Origin: Octopus sinensis
Lineage: Eukaryota
DNA length: 64,000 nt
Direction: 5' to 3'
NCBI RefSeq assembly: GCF_006345805.1
Contig: NW_021832223.1
Coordinates: 458,134-522,133, forward strand
Positions 42,851 through 54,714 of the stretch are shown one piece after another. How positions within the stretch are numbered: the first letter of the stretch is position 1; the number at the start of each line of letters is the position of its first letter. Made by a program: the position numbers and the translations under genes. The notes beneath the pieces were generated by a model. That model did not search any database. It was not told where the DNA came from and saw nothing but the letters and a program-made list of their open reading frames with translations.

Positions 42851-43039
42851 TTGCAATAATAGGAGTGATAACCGACCTTGTAGGTAGCAATTGTTTGGAC
42901 TGAAATCGAATAATTTAACTAAATACCTGACAATAAGCACATTTTTCAATTATTTTGCTAATCTCTTCTCAAGTTGCACCATATATCTTTCCCTTAAGCA
43001 TAGAAAACATTTTATCTTTTCCAAAATGTACATAAAAAT

Positions 43040-43918
43040 TTACATCCAAATAGATTATATAATCTGTCGATCTAAAGACAAAGCTCTTTTCACTGACGCA
43101 AGGTCATATGGTGGGTCAAACATTGACAGTGACCACAAAATGGTAATGCAAGAATATTACTAAATAAACATCTAAACAAAAACAAAACAAATATCAAAGG
43201 GAGGCAGGATATCCTTAGGAAGAGAATACTCGACCTAAATGGACTTTCAATACAACAAATGGGAGATAACTATAGGAAATGCCTTGATACGTATTTGGGA
43301 AGTGTGGAAAAAAATCAACCATTCCCCAAACTTTGGGGACAAATCCAGGAATCAATACGAGGAGCAGCGGAGAAACAGCTCATGGACACAGAAATAGTTA
43401 CCACATCACCAAATGGAACAACAGAGATATCGCTCCTTGCTAAGAAACAAAAATCTATTTGGCTACAATATTTAAATACGGAGGACAAGCACATCAAAGA
43501 AAAACTTGGTCGGGAAAGATCGAATATTAAGAAGAAGATCAAGAAATGTGTATCAGTCAGGGTACGAGACAAGTGCTCTAAACCATTTGAAACAACATCT
43601 GGAACACCTCAAGGGGATCCGTTATCTCCTATACTGTTTGTCATATATCTGGAAGCTGCATTGAGAGAACTAAAACCATACTATGAAGGAAAGATCAATG
43701 TGGTGGCATACGCGGATGACATGGCTTTTATTTCTTCAGACAAGGACGCTCTGGAAAGCCTATTGGAGGTGATGCCAAATAGACTTGCTGAGTGGTTCCT
43801 CAATGTAAATATGGAGAAAACAGAATTTATTGAACTAGCAAGACAGAAGTCTAAGCTGGACGAACATTGGAGAAAAGTAAAGAAACTCGGATCTCTAATG
43901 TATTCCAACTATTTTTAA
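43040..43918 (+). mobile_element. APE-type non-LTR retrotransposon fragment, internally deleted
   Basis: DARSYGGSNIDSDHKMV (end of APE domain); GTPQGDPLSPILF..AYADD. Confidence 0.85.
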
Positions 43919-44099
43919 ATTAATTTAGCGTATATTTTGAGGACTTATTATTATTAATTAAAATAGAATGAGAGGTGACAGCAAACCGTTTAGGAAACTA
44001 CAAATCATTCGGGAAACAAATCTAAAGGATATTAAACTGTTTCCTCAGTCTTTGGGGTTCCAGTCTTATCCTGACATTTAGTCAGCGAGGATTGCTGGA

Positions 44100-44700
44100 G
44101 TGCATCTTCTCGGAGTTCGACACCCACAATTGATCAAAAAACATTCAGTCCAAAGTTGTCTTTCGGAAGGAGACAAACATCTTTTGTACAATACAGCGTG
44201 TATCACAGAACTAATGGAATTCTTATATTTACGGGTGTCATATGGGTACATACAGAGAAGGAGTGGCATCCAATCCAAGCCATTTTTCCCTGCTGTGTGT
44301 TCATGTCATGTCATTTAGAGGCGAACAAGTGTTCATTGGAGGGCATCTTGGTTGGGCCATTTCAATAAATAATTATACCGTTGATACAAAATCTCATAAA
44401 ACTTGTTGATTTGGGGTTGTCTATGAGCACCTGAATAAATTGACCAAACTATTAAGTTATACGACACACCTTCACATAATTTGGTTATTGATCATTCTTT
44501 ATTTGATAGTTAAATGGTTTTTGGCGACCAATTGACTGGCAGTCTTGGGGATTATTTTAGAAGGATCACCGACAACAACTATTGAATATCGAATGGTTGC
44601 TAAAATGTCGTAAACATTAAATTGGTGTCTCCTTGAACAGGATAAATTTCATAGAATTAGTTATCAATGATAATTATTCTAAAACAACTTTTACAAATAT
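44100..44700 (+). pseudogene. Possible decayed protein kinase
   Basis: Only VRHPQLIK and IKLVDLGLS are recognisable; heavily broken. Confidence 0.3.
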
Positions 44701-44744
44701 CACCAGACTATTCAAAGTACTGTGGAAAAACACTCTAAAACCTT

Positions 44745-46995
44745 TTCTAACCTTTTTCTCCTGCGGTACTTAAAACCAGGTTTTTTCCTGTGGCGCATAT
44801 TACTTAGAAATGTTAAGCAGGCTAGGAGGTCATCTTCAATTGACAACAACCTGTTTGTGTCAACAAGACAAGAAAAAGCTTGTTCACACTGATATCATGT
44901 TGAGAACTGAAGCAATATTTTTATTGCCCTACTGAAGGATAAAAATCCTTTATGGAAATCCGGAACATATCTGTTGACAATTCAGCAAATATTATTTTTA
45001 ATGTGGGGTTATAACGATGTTGGCAAAGCTTTTCATCTTCTGTTAAAGTAAATTGATAGTACATGATTCGGAGAATGGATTTATATCATTTATTTCAATA
45101 TTAAAAAAAAGGAAAATAATGATTAATGCTCTTTTCCAATTCTTCTAGATCAGCGTTTCCCAACCTTTTTGTGCTCGCGGTACCTAAAACTAGGTTTTTT
45201 TCTCCCGGCACTTAAAAAATTAATATTCATTAGAAATGTTTTTTTAATTAATATATTCAAGAAACTTGACAAAAAAATACCAAAAGTAATTATAATAACT
45301 AATGAGACATTTGTGTTTGTTTATGTGCACACAAAATTTCCAGACGGGGACGAATTCGCGACAAACATACGCGGAGGTCATCTTCAACTGATAACAACCT
45401 GTTTCTGTTTTTTGATTTAATGTCGACGAGACCAGAGAAAGCTTGTTCACACTTATATGATGTTGAGAACTGAAACAATATTTTGATTGCTTTTTTAAAA
45501 ATTGAAGGATAAGAATCTTTTATCAAAATCCAGAATTTATCTGTCGTCATTTCAGTAAATTTAATTTTTAATGTGCGGTCATATCGAAGTTGACGTAGCT
45601 CCTCCTCTTCTGTTAGAGTAAATTGATAGTCACATGATTCGGAGAATGAATTTCTAATCCAATCATATATTTCAATATTAAGAGACGGAAAATAATGATT
45701 GATGCTCTCTTCCAATTATTCTAGATGAGATATAATACAATCACTAATCATTATATTATTATCTAAAATATTCTTATCTTTGTATTTAATACCTTGTATG
45801 CTTTGCAATAATGGAAACATTTCTAGATCATTAAGTTTTACATGATTCTTCCAAATATTTAGTTTCTGTTTAAATCCAAGGATTTTATCAGTTGAAGTTA
45901 ATACATTCTCGAAATTTCCTGTAAAGACTTATTTAACAAATTTATATGTTTGAATATATCAATCAAATACGCCAACCTATGCAAATGTTATGAATAATTA
46001 TTCAGAATCACCTTAATAACCATTCTTTATTTTCGAAACATGAAACAAAGTAAATTTTATTTAACTGTCGAAAATATTGGCACATTTCTTCTTTTAGTTC
46101 ATATACTCTGGCTAAAATTTTCCCTCGACTAAGCCATCTGATGTCTGTGTGGAATAATAGAGTTGTATGTTCTTTATCAAAATCTTGGCACAAATTTTTA
46201 AATGATCGATAAAGAAGAGGCCTCTTTTCAATAAAATTGATCATTTTGATAACGTCAGTAAGAACATTTCTTAGTTCTTTTCCAAGAGTTTTAAAAACCA
46301 GCACTTCTCTGTGAATGAAGCAACGTGTTTGTGATATTTCATCATTTTCCTGTTTTGCAAAAACGACAAATCCTTTGCTAGATCCAACCATTGAGGGAGC
46401 ACCATCTGTACAAATCCCAACACAATTTTTCCGTGATATTATTCTGCTCAAAATATGTAGATACAAGATTGAATATCTTCTCCTTTGGTCGTACAGTTTA
46501 TTTGTTTGCAGCATAAGAAGTGTTCCTCAATCGCAATTATCATTTACCTGAATAGAAAAATTGCTATGAATTAGTTTTTCATTAACAAATCTTCAATATT
46601 CTCAGATATGTCTTGTAGACGGCGACTGATAGTATGTTCGATAATGGAATATTATCAATCTTTTGGTTGCTTCCTCCCCAAGAATTTTACTAACAATAAT
46701 TTTGCAGGCGGTTAATATCAATTTTTCTCCAATAGTGTGATTCTTACGGTTTTTGGATGAGCTCGGCAACGAGGTAGCTAGCTTCTAAAGCTCTTTGAGA
46801 AACGTGAATAATTTTTAATTTTAAATATTAAAAATCTCGCGGCACCTAAAACAAGACCTCGCGGCACCAAAAGTGCCGCGGCACCCCGGTTGGGAATCGC
46901 TGTTCTAGATGAAATATAATACAATCACTGATTAAAAAAAAATTAATTATCACTGATCTTATTATCAACTAAAATATTCTTATCTTTGTATTTAA
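44745..46995 (-). mobile_element. Older, diverged Buster-type hAT copy interrupted by a younger copy of the same family
   Basis: 44745-45150 and 46903-46995 align colinearly with the internal sequence of the inner element on either side of its TTCTAGAT site. Confidence 0.8.
45151..46902 (-). mobile_element. Buster/Charlie-type hAT with both TIRs and 8-bp TSD TTCTAGAT; transposase deleted and with stops
   Basis: CAGCGTTTCCCAACC at 45151 and GGTTGGGAATCGCTG ending at 46902. TSD at 45143-45150 and 46903-46910 (nnnTAnnn). CTDGAP, CFIH, RWLSRG, STSYKCEQAFS. 35-nt intron at 45977-46011. Confidence 0.93.
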
Positions 46996-47539
46996 TATTT
47001 TGATTAAACCTCAAAAATCCCTAATAAAAACATCAACTTAAATATTCCGTATAAGATTTAACAATTTAAACAAACCGCACATAAACGTATCATCAGAGAG
47101 GCTAAACTATGGGAATAACTTTGCCCCGAACAGATGTGTTATTCTCATATCTCCAGGATAGAAGTTTTTTTAATATATGAACACTAAGGTGTGCATTAGG
47201 ACTTAATTAGTTGATTAGATTTCTATTTATTATAACTGTGGGAACAAACCAGTCAGAAAAATGTTTTTGTTTTAAAGCAATTTAACAAAGTTTAATTAAT
47301 TAACAACTACAACTTTTATATTTGTGTATTAACAAATTTAAAAAATCAAAATCAATAAAAAATTCAATAATCAATAAACTGGGGTCAGATCTAAGCAAAA
47401 AAATCGATGATTAGGAACTCGATAAACAATCGATAATTACTTTCTTGACCTAATATTTACTTTTGTGTATAAATGTAACAATTAATATGTAGAAATTTTA
47501 TTTAAAAAATAAAGAATATTAATAAAAGAAGTTATAATT

Positions 47540-48050
47540 TGAAAGATCATCATAATATTGCGGAAAGAGGCGTTCTTCGTAACTCCACTCCCCAAAGTGG
47601 TTTTGATTTTCTGTCAGTGGGAGCTCATATGCATTCGAGTAGTAAAGTGTATATTCTTCAGTGGATTCCCAAGGGACATCATGATAAAAAGTATATGTAT
47701 TTTTTGTGTTTTTTCTCTTTTTAAGATCCTGGGATTGTTGTAATACAACCTTAAGACGCGGTTGAACTTGTCAACCGTCATCTTAGGGTTGTTTTTCAAC
47801 TCCCCCCACATTCTTGCAAATTCTTGTGGATTGGTGATGCGAAACGAATTCGACATCCCAATCCACGTGAGATACGGAAACTTCTTGTTTAGGTTTTCAA
47901 TAAGAAATTGATATAAACAATCTTCATTTCCAAGTAGTAATTGTCATCCGCAGAACGCACAGCACGTATTTATATTGTTCGTGGAGACGTAAATTACGGC
48001 AATTTTTGCGAATTTACGTCTTTTTTATTAAAACGGCGTCAATTCCGGTT
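47540..48050 (-). pseudogene. Divergent ETS-domain gene, copy 1
   Basis: CLYQFLIENL..LTWIG..FRITNPQEFARMWGELKNNPKMTVDKFNRVLRLYY versus ETS LWQFLLELL..ISWT..FKL.DP.EVARRWG.RKNKPKMNYEKLSRALRYYY. Upstream stops and a 1-bp shift. Confidence 0.8.
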
Positions 48051-48085
48051 TGTTTTGAAGGTAAATTCGTAATCATTAAATATAA

Positions 48086-48540
48086 ATGAATTTACACATG
48101 CTCTCTGTGGTAATGCCTACCTCGTTGAGTGTCTGCGAAGGCTTAAGTTGCCTCCATGGTTTTCTCAAATTTGTTGCAACAGTGATGGACAGGTGGAACG
48201 TGCATCTACATTACAACAAATGCGATATAGGCGAGGTGAAGCTGAAGAGGGGCATATTACAGGTCGACAGCATGTCTCTGCTGCTGTTTGTCCTCTGCCT
48301 AGAACCGCTGAGTAGAGTCCTCACTGCCCAATTCGAACAAATGTCGATCGAACATGAAGGAGGATGTTTTAGCACCAACCATCTCATGTTCATAGACGAC
48401 ATTAAACTGTCCGCTCGGTCTTCAGAGATCCTCCACTCGATGGGCAAAGTCTTGAAAGGTTTCATGAAGGCGAGTACGCCATCTCATTGCGAGTACGCGA
48501 TAGGTTGGTCTGATCGAATTGGAGCCGAGTGATGAAATGG
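48086..48540 (+). mobile_element. R4-like RT fragment
   Basis: RGILQVDSMSLLLFVLCLEPLS..NHLMFIDDIKL. Confidence 0.8.
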
Positions 48541-48789
48541 ACCTTATTGTCCGAAGATTACTCCGAGAGAATCACAAAAATTGCTGCAGTCCTGAGATAC
48601 CACAAATCCAATAAACCACAGTCATTCACCACCGACCCGAGGGTGGCAAAGTCCTTGTAAAAGTCCTCGATTTCTGGGAAGGAAGTGTGGATTGTGGCTG
48701 TTATGTGATTTATTAACTTGTCCCTTCCGTTGTTGCTGGGGATGTTGTAGATCTGCTTTTTAAGGAAATGATCACAATCTACCAATTAG

Positions 48790-49110
48790 ACAATACCTAC
48801 TCTCAAGTCGAGGTCATCCGTCCATTCTAACATTTTGCAAATCAATTTGAAATTGTGCAATACAACTATTCGAATACGTGAGTAAAAGACTCGACAACAT
48901 CCACCACTCCCATTTTGAGGATATTGAGGATCTGGAATGTCGTCCTCTCCATCACGTTTAGTCAGCGAAAGGCGCTGGACTGCACCTTCTCGAAGGTCTA
49001 CAGTGCCAGAGAAGAGGAGGAAGAAGGGAAGGAAATGTGTGGAGTGCCACCCTCTGCTCACTTCGAAGGCTCTGGACTTAGCTATAAAAATCACTTAGTT
49101 AATTAGTTTC
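48790..49110 (+). mobile_element. R4-like 3' end
   Basis: Tail nearly identical to 27250-27380. Confidence 0.7.
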
Positions 49111-49559
49111 TTTTTTATCAATATAATTAATAAAACAAAATTAATTCTGCATACGTTCACACGTGTACTTTTATTTGTATTTTTGGGTGTAGCAGTTGTT
49201 ATTTAATTGTAAATATTTTTTCATTATGGTGAATTATTTTCATTCTTTATTTATTACTACTCATTATTCTTATGTTTATTGGTTCTTCAATCTTTTCTTT
49301 TCTAAAACAATTGATATGAAGACATTTTTAAATTCTGATAAACATTATGAACAGTGATGGTACTGATACAATTTTCTCAAGTTTTTGTTGAGTATTTGAG
49401 ATCCTCGGATTTTTCACGTGAGAAGTAATTTTGTCTTGCCATATTTTGAAACTTGCTTTGTAATATTGCTGAAAGAGGACGTTCTTCATAACTCCACTGC
49501 GGAAAGTTGCTTTGATTTTCAGGGTGTGGGCCTCATATTCCCCAAAATGTGATTGCATA

Positions 49560-49985
49560 GGTCAAATAATTAGTGGGGGCTCATATGCATTCGAGTAGGT
49601 AGGTGTACATTCCTCAATGATTTCCAAGGGATATCTTTTGACAAATATCTTCATAAAAGGTGTATGTATTTTTTGTGTTGTTTTCTCTTTTGAAGATCCT
49701 GGGGTTGTTGTAATACAACCTTATGACGCGGTTGAACTTGTCAACCGTCTCTTAGAGTTTCTTTCAACCCCTCTACATTCTTGCAAGTTCGGTTTGATTG
49801 GTAATTCGAAACGAATTCGACATCCCAATCCACATGAGTACGGACACTTTTTTGTTTAAATTTTTAATGAGAAATTGATATGGCAATTTTTGTAAATTTA
49901 CTTCTTTTTTATTACAAGGGCGCACGTCGTTTGTTTTAAGTGTTAATTCGTAATTATTAAAAATTTGTACTTTGGCACTATGCAA
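49560..49985 (-). pseudogene. Divergent ETS-domain gene, copy 2 (several stops, deletion upstream of the domain)
   Basis: YQFLIKNL..LMWIGMSNSFRITN..M*..TVDKFNRVIRLYYNNPRIFKRENNTKNTYTF. Confidence 0.78.
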
Positions 49986-50293
49986 CAGTCTGATCTCACT
50001 TGCAAGTAGGTCGTATTTGTGGAGTTTTTCCGGAAAATTTACATCTCGTGCTGACAGAACAGATTTCTAACTTCCAGTAAGCTATATAGACCCTCACTAC
50101 TTGGGAATATATTGCCTTCCTGCAACCACAATGAAGATTCTTTAATATCGGAATGAATGTTTTTGTTGCATTTGTAAAGTGATGAATTTGAACTTTTCGT
50201 TTCGATTATATCAAGAAGGTATTTGAGTTGAATTTCCTTTAAATTTTTTATGTTGATTTCATTGTTATATTTGGTGTATTTATGCTTTAAGTA

Positions 50294-52719
50294 CAGTAAA
50301 CATCGGTTAATTGCATAACATTTGTCCACGGAAAATCTTATGCAATTAACCGATATATGCATTAACCGATATATGCAATTAACCGATGTTTTAATAAAAA
50401 TCAATAATTTTTTTAATAGTCAGGAAAAGAAAATAATCAAAAACGTTAAAAAAAAATCATTAATTTTGGACTGTCTAGTCTTCTGGCAAAGGCGTAGGAC
50501 GCTTTTTTCTAGTTCATGGAAGTTGTCCATATCCATTTCACTTGTTAAATCGCTGTTAGTAAGAAACTGGCGTATTAATCTGCATGCACCCATAGCTTCC
50601 TAACTGGTTGTTTTCACGGGTATGGGATCTTCATCGTCCTCATCGTCTTCACAAGAAATATCTCTTGACATTAAACATATTTCTTCATCGACATGATTCC
50701 GATACATTCTTCATCCTCATTAGCAACATCCATCGTTATTTCGTCACATTCAATGTCACTAAACATATTTTCCCCCACTTCCTCATGGAATCCAGCCTTA
50801 CGGAAACAGTTGTAAATTGTTGCTATTTTGACTTCCCTCCAAGCCATTTTGAGCATGTGTAGCGCATCCAAAAGAGTGATAGAATTCACAACGGATTTGA
50901 GACAGGCATCGTCTGAATCAATTACGGCAATCACTCTTTGTAAAAATGCCAATCTGCGTCGTCTTTTTCGACTCAAATTGGTGCAATTAGATTCAGCCAA
51001 TAGCATAATTTCTTCTCTATTCTTCAAAATCCGTGAGACTTGAGACTGAGAACAGTTGAATCTTGCAGATAGAGCTGATTAAGTTTGACCTCCTTGAATA
51101 AACAAATTGATTATTTCCAATTTTTGAGAAAGTGTAAGATCACGACGCAACGAAGATAATTAAATTTTAAAATTACAATTTTTTTTTTTTTTTAGTGAAG
51201 TTATATGTAATTAACAAATAGTTATTAACTAACTAAATTCCCGGCATCGTAAATGGAAACACAGTTTCCACGTACTATGGCCAAGGAAATCCTTTCGAAA
51301 AGCCAATTGGACTCGCGTGGGTCTCCCCGTAAATTACAAATTATAATTATGCAATTATGCGAAAATTTTTATAAGAAAAAATAGTAAATGTTCCCAATGA
51401 GAGTACAGTGAATCCTCGCAAATTGGCCATTTTTGGTACATAGAGATTTATGGCCAATTTGAGAAAATGGCAATTTGAAAAAAATCAATATTTAAAAAAT
51501 AAAATAAACACGTTTAAATTTTATTAAAATAAAATTCAATCCCTAATTCCTTTTTATTTCTTTTTTACATTTTCTTTGTATTTTCTATTGCAGTAATCAG
51601 CGAAACATCATTCTCATTTTCTGCATTACAGTAAAGTGCCTTTCTATTCTAGTTAATGTCTTTGCAATATCTTTTCTATCGAGTGGATATATGATTTTTG
51701 TCTCTTCGTCGCTAATTTCAGACTCTTGATCCTCTTGTAAACAATTTTCGTTTATATCTTGATCTTCTGTGTTTTCGATATTTAGAAAATCTTCGCTCAT
51801 TAGAGGATCGAAAATGTCAGTTCTTTCAATTTCAGTCTCATAATGTTCAATTAATGTATTTTCGTGATTAGATTCATTTAAATCTTAAAACAATTTTGAA
51901 TAGTTTCAGTAGATACGTCATCCCAAGCCATATTAACAAACAAAATTGCATCTTTTAATGTCATTTTTTGTATGAATTGTATACAGAATATTTTCAGTCT
52001 CCAGCAAATCAGTTAAGTACTGTAGCTTTCTTCTCATGAAATGAGTCTTGAAGGTTTTTATAATTCCATATCCATTGGTTGTAGTAATCCAGTAGAATTT
52101 TTAGGAAAAAATAAAATCTTAATACAATCCAAGTTTTGAGGAATAGAATGTGCAGGACAGTGGTCTATAGCAATAAAATTTTCTTATACGAATTTTGATA
52201 GATTTTCGAATCCCGTAAAATAGAGTCTTTATTAAGCAGTAGATTATTGATCGTCTTTCTCGAGATCGTCTTGTGGAATAAATGTGAGAATCTGTCAGCC
52301 AGAAGCTGACACGAAACACTGTCATTTTCTTCCTTGTAGTTTATAATTTGTGTTTTTTCAAGAAAAGTGAGCCGAGTATAACGTCCACGAGAAATTTTAT
52401 AAGACATGTGATTAAAAAAAATAGTTTATTCTAATTAAAAAAAATAATAATTCAAAAATTGTGGCCAATTTGAGAATTGGCCAATTTACTAAGAAAATTA
52501 ATTTTTTTCTTAGTAAATGGTGAAAAAATTGGCCAATTTAAAAATTGGCCAATTTGCGAGGTGGCCAATTTGCGAGGATTCACTGTATGCAATTAACCGA
52601 TTTATGCAATTAACCGATATGCAATTAGCCGATATTTTTCAATGGAAGCCATATAAGTTATGGTTTTAAACATGAATTTATGCCATTAACCGATTTATGC
52701 AATTAACCGATGTTTACTG
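50294..52719 (-). mobile_element. pogo/Tigger non-autonomous element (outer), TA TSD
   Basis: TIR CAGTAAACATCGGTTAATTGCAT at both ends with TA on both flanks. Subterminal ATGCAATTAACCGAT repeats. LTLSQKLEII HTH joined directly to TLLDALHMLKMAW..NCFRKAGF, so the DDE core is deleted. Confidence 0.92.
51406..52585 (-). mobile_element. Second pogo/Tigger family (inner), TA TSD
   Basis: TIR CAGTGAATCCTCGCAAATTGGCCA at both ends with TA on both flanks. CENP-B-like HTH (RLTFLEKTQII) and acidic tail. Confidence 0.92.
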
Positions 52720-54509
52720 TAGTCTGCGATGGTGTCCAAATGGGTTTTCATTAAATGTTCAGTCCGCAGAATACCAGCCTTTCTCAGACAGCCTACCGAT
52801 TTTTTTTATGTCAGTATATAATTCCAGTAACATTCTTTCGCTCTTCATCGATATTAATTCCAATCCTGTTCCAAGGTATGTACGAGGGAGATATTATCTT
52901 TGACAATTTGCAGGTCTCAGTAATAATTGTAAAGGGACAAAGCGTGCTCATTCAAAGCTTTAAAGAGATTAATACCATTCAGTTTCGTGCCTGTTAGTCT
53001 CTTTATACGTGCTTTGATCTCTGCACTTATTTTTCCATCATCTCATCGGCTCAATGGGTCCATTACAAGCGTAATAACTGTAGAGATAAAGCATCTCCCT
53101 GTAGGGTCCCGAACTTTATTCAAATTTCTTCGATTATTTTTTGTTCAGATTGAGCTTCAGCTTCCACTTGATTATCCGAAACATGCGAATAATATTCCTA
53201 ATAATTTGTTAATTTCACAGTTACGTATTTAGTGAGAACTTTATACAGGTTTGGCAGCATGTTATGGGTCTGAGGTCTTTTGGCAGATTCGAGTTAGGCT
53301 TCTTTGGGATGAGGTAAGTAATCCCAGTGTAAAACCAATTGTTCGGTATGTACTCTTCTTTACAAATTTTTAAGACTTCAGTATAGATATACGGATGTAA
53401 AGATTCGAAATGTTAAATGAAAAAATTATACACCCCGTCGCAGCCACAGGATCTCCAATTTGGAAGATATTTTATAACATCTTCGAAAAGTTCTTGACTA
53501 ACAGAGAATATATCAGATTCTGCCCAGTTTGTCTGACTGGCAAGTTCATTTTCTCATTTTGACAGATATTGGTTCTTTTAGACCAAATATCTTTCCAAAA
53601 ATTAAAACACTTATTTGGGTTAAACATGCTAGATGATAAATGATCAGCAGGATCCAAAGATCTGTAGAACGCTCTTTGATATAATTCGAAAGAGCGGTTG
53701 TCGTGGTTGAATTCCCTTCTGAACTCATACACAGTAATTTTCTTTTCTAATATTTTTATAGTGTCTTCGATATGCGATATAATTCTTTCTTTCTCTCCCT
53801 TTTTTGATTTTTTGTAACTCAGCGACCTGAGAATATCATAGGTGATTTTTTTCTCTTCATCTGTAAATCTACGCTCAAAGTGCTTTCGAACAAGTTCCAA
53901 TTTTCTCTTCCAGTCCTCAACTTTCTTCTTTGTGGTTTATAAAATTTGTTGCAACTGTGATGGACAGATTTATTGTGCATCTACAATATAACAAATGCTA
54001 GAGAGGACCACATTACATAGCGACAGCATATTGCTGTTTGTCGTGTACCTAGAACTACTAAGCAGAGTCCTCACTGCCTAATTCGAACAAATGTCGATCA
54101 TACTAACCATTTAAACTGTTCCCTCAGTCTTTGGGGTTCCAGTCTTTTCCTGACATTTAGTCAACGATGAGCGCTGGACTGCATATCCTCGGAGGTCTAC
54201 AGAGCCAGAGACGAGGAGGAGGAAAAAGGGCCACTCCCTGTTCACTTCAAAAGCTTGGGACTTAGTTAAACAATTAATTAGTTTCTTTGTATTAATGTGA
54301 TATTTATATGCATTTCGACATTTTAATAAAAAAGTCTGACAGATTAAAAACTACTCCGTTTAAAGTAATATATCAAATGTTTTTAAGCACACATCTCATT
54401 ACAGTTTTTTCTGTATGCAAAGAGATGGAGGTGGGGGATGATTCTCATCGCCGAGCAAAACTTCATTTGTTTCCTGCAAAGGTTTTATCATAATAAAGAG
54501 TTTTAATTA

Positions 54510-54620
54510 GTAATGTGACCAGAGAAGGTAGGATATCCCCTTTCTGCAACTATGTCGTTCCGGAAGGACTCACGGATGGGCAACGTTGACAAGACTTGAT
54601 TCCAGTTGAAAAATTGCTTT
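54510..54620 (-). mobile_element. Diverged partial copy of the SINE body
   Basis: TCTTGTCAACGTT.CCCA.CCGTGAG...GATCACATTAC shared with about 32800-32910. Confidence 0.7.
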
Positions 54621-54714
54621 ATTTGTTGTGTTTGATTTGACTATATTTTGATTAAAAGAAGAATAAATTCGGTTAAAAGAAGAATAAAACAGACTATTTG
54701 TGAATATTTCCAAG

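Larger units (their letters stand above)
49990..53950 (-). mobile_element. R4-like retrotransposon relic interrupted by nested pogo elements
   Basis: FWKDIWSK, WFYTGITYLIPK, LRPITC, NLFKALNE, then EHLMKTHLDTIAD|YLKHKY. The frame is restored by removing 50294-52719 and one TA. Confidence 0.82.

Noticed and set aside
48558-48785. 75-aa minus-strand ORF (KLINHITATIHTSFPEIEDFYKDF) between R4-like fragments
   Set aside because: No motif I can assign, so it is left uncalled. A profile search would be needed.
50294-52719. Spaced ATGCAATTAACCGAT repeats resembling a CRISPR array
   Set aside because: They are short, irregularly spaced subterminal repeats of a pogo element. The context is eukaryotic and there are no cas genes.
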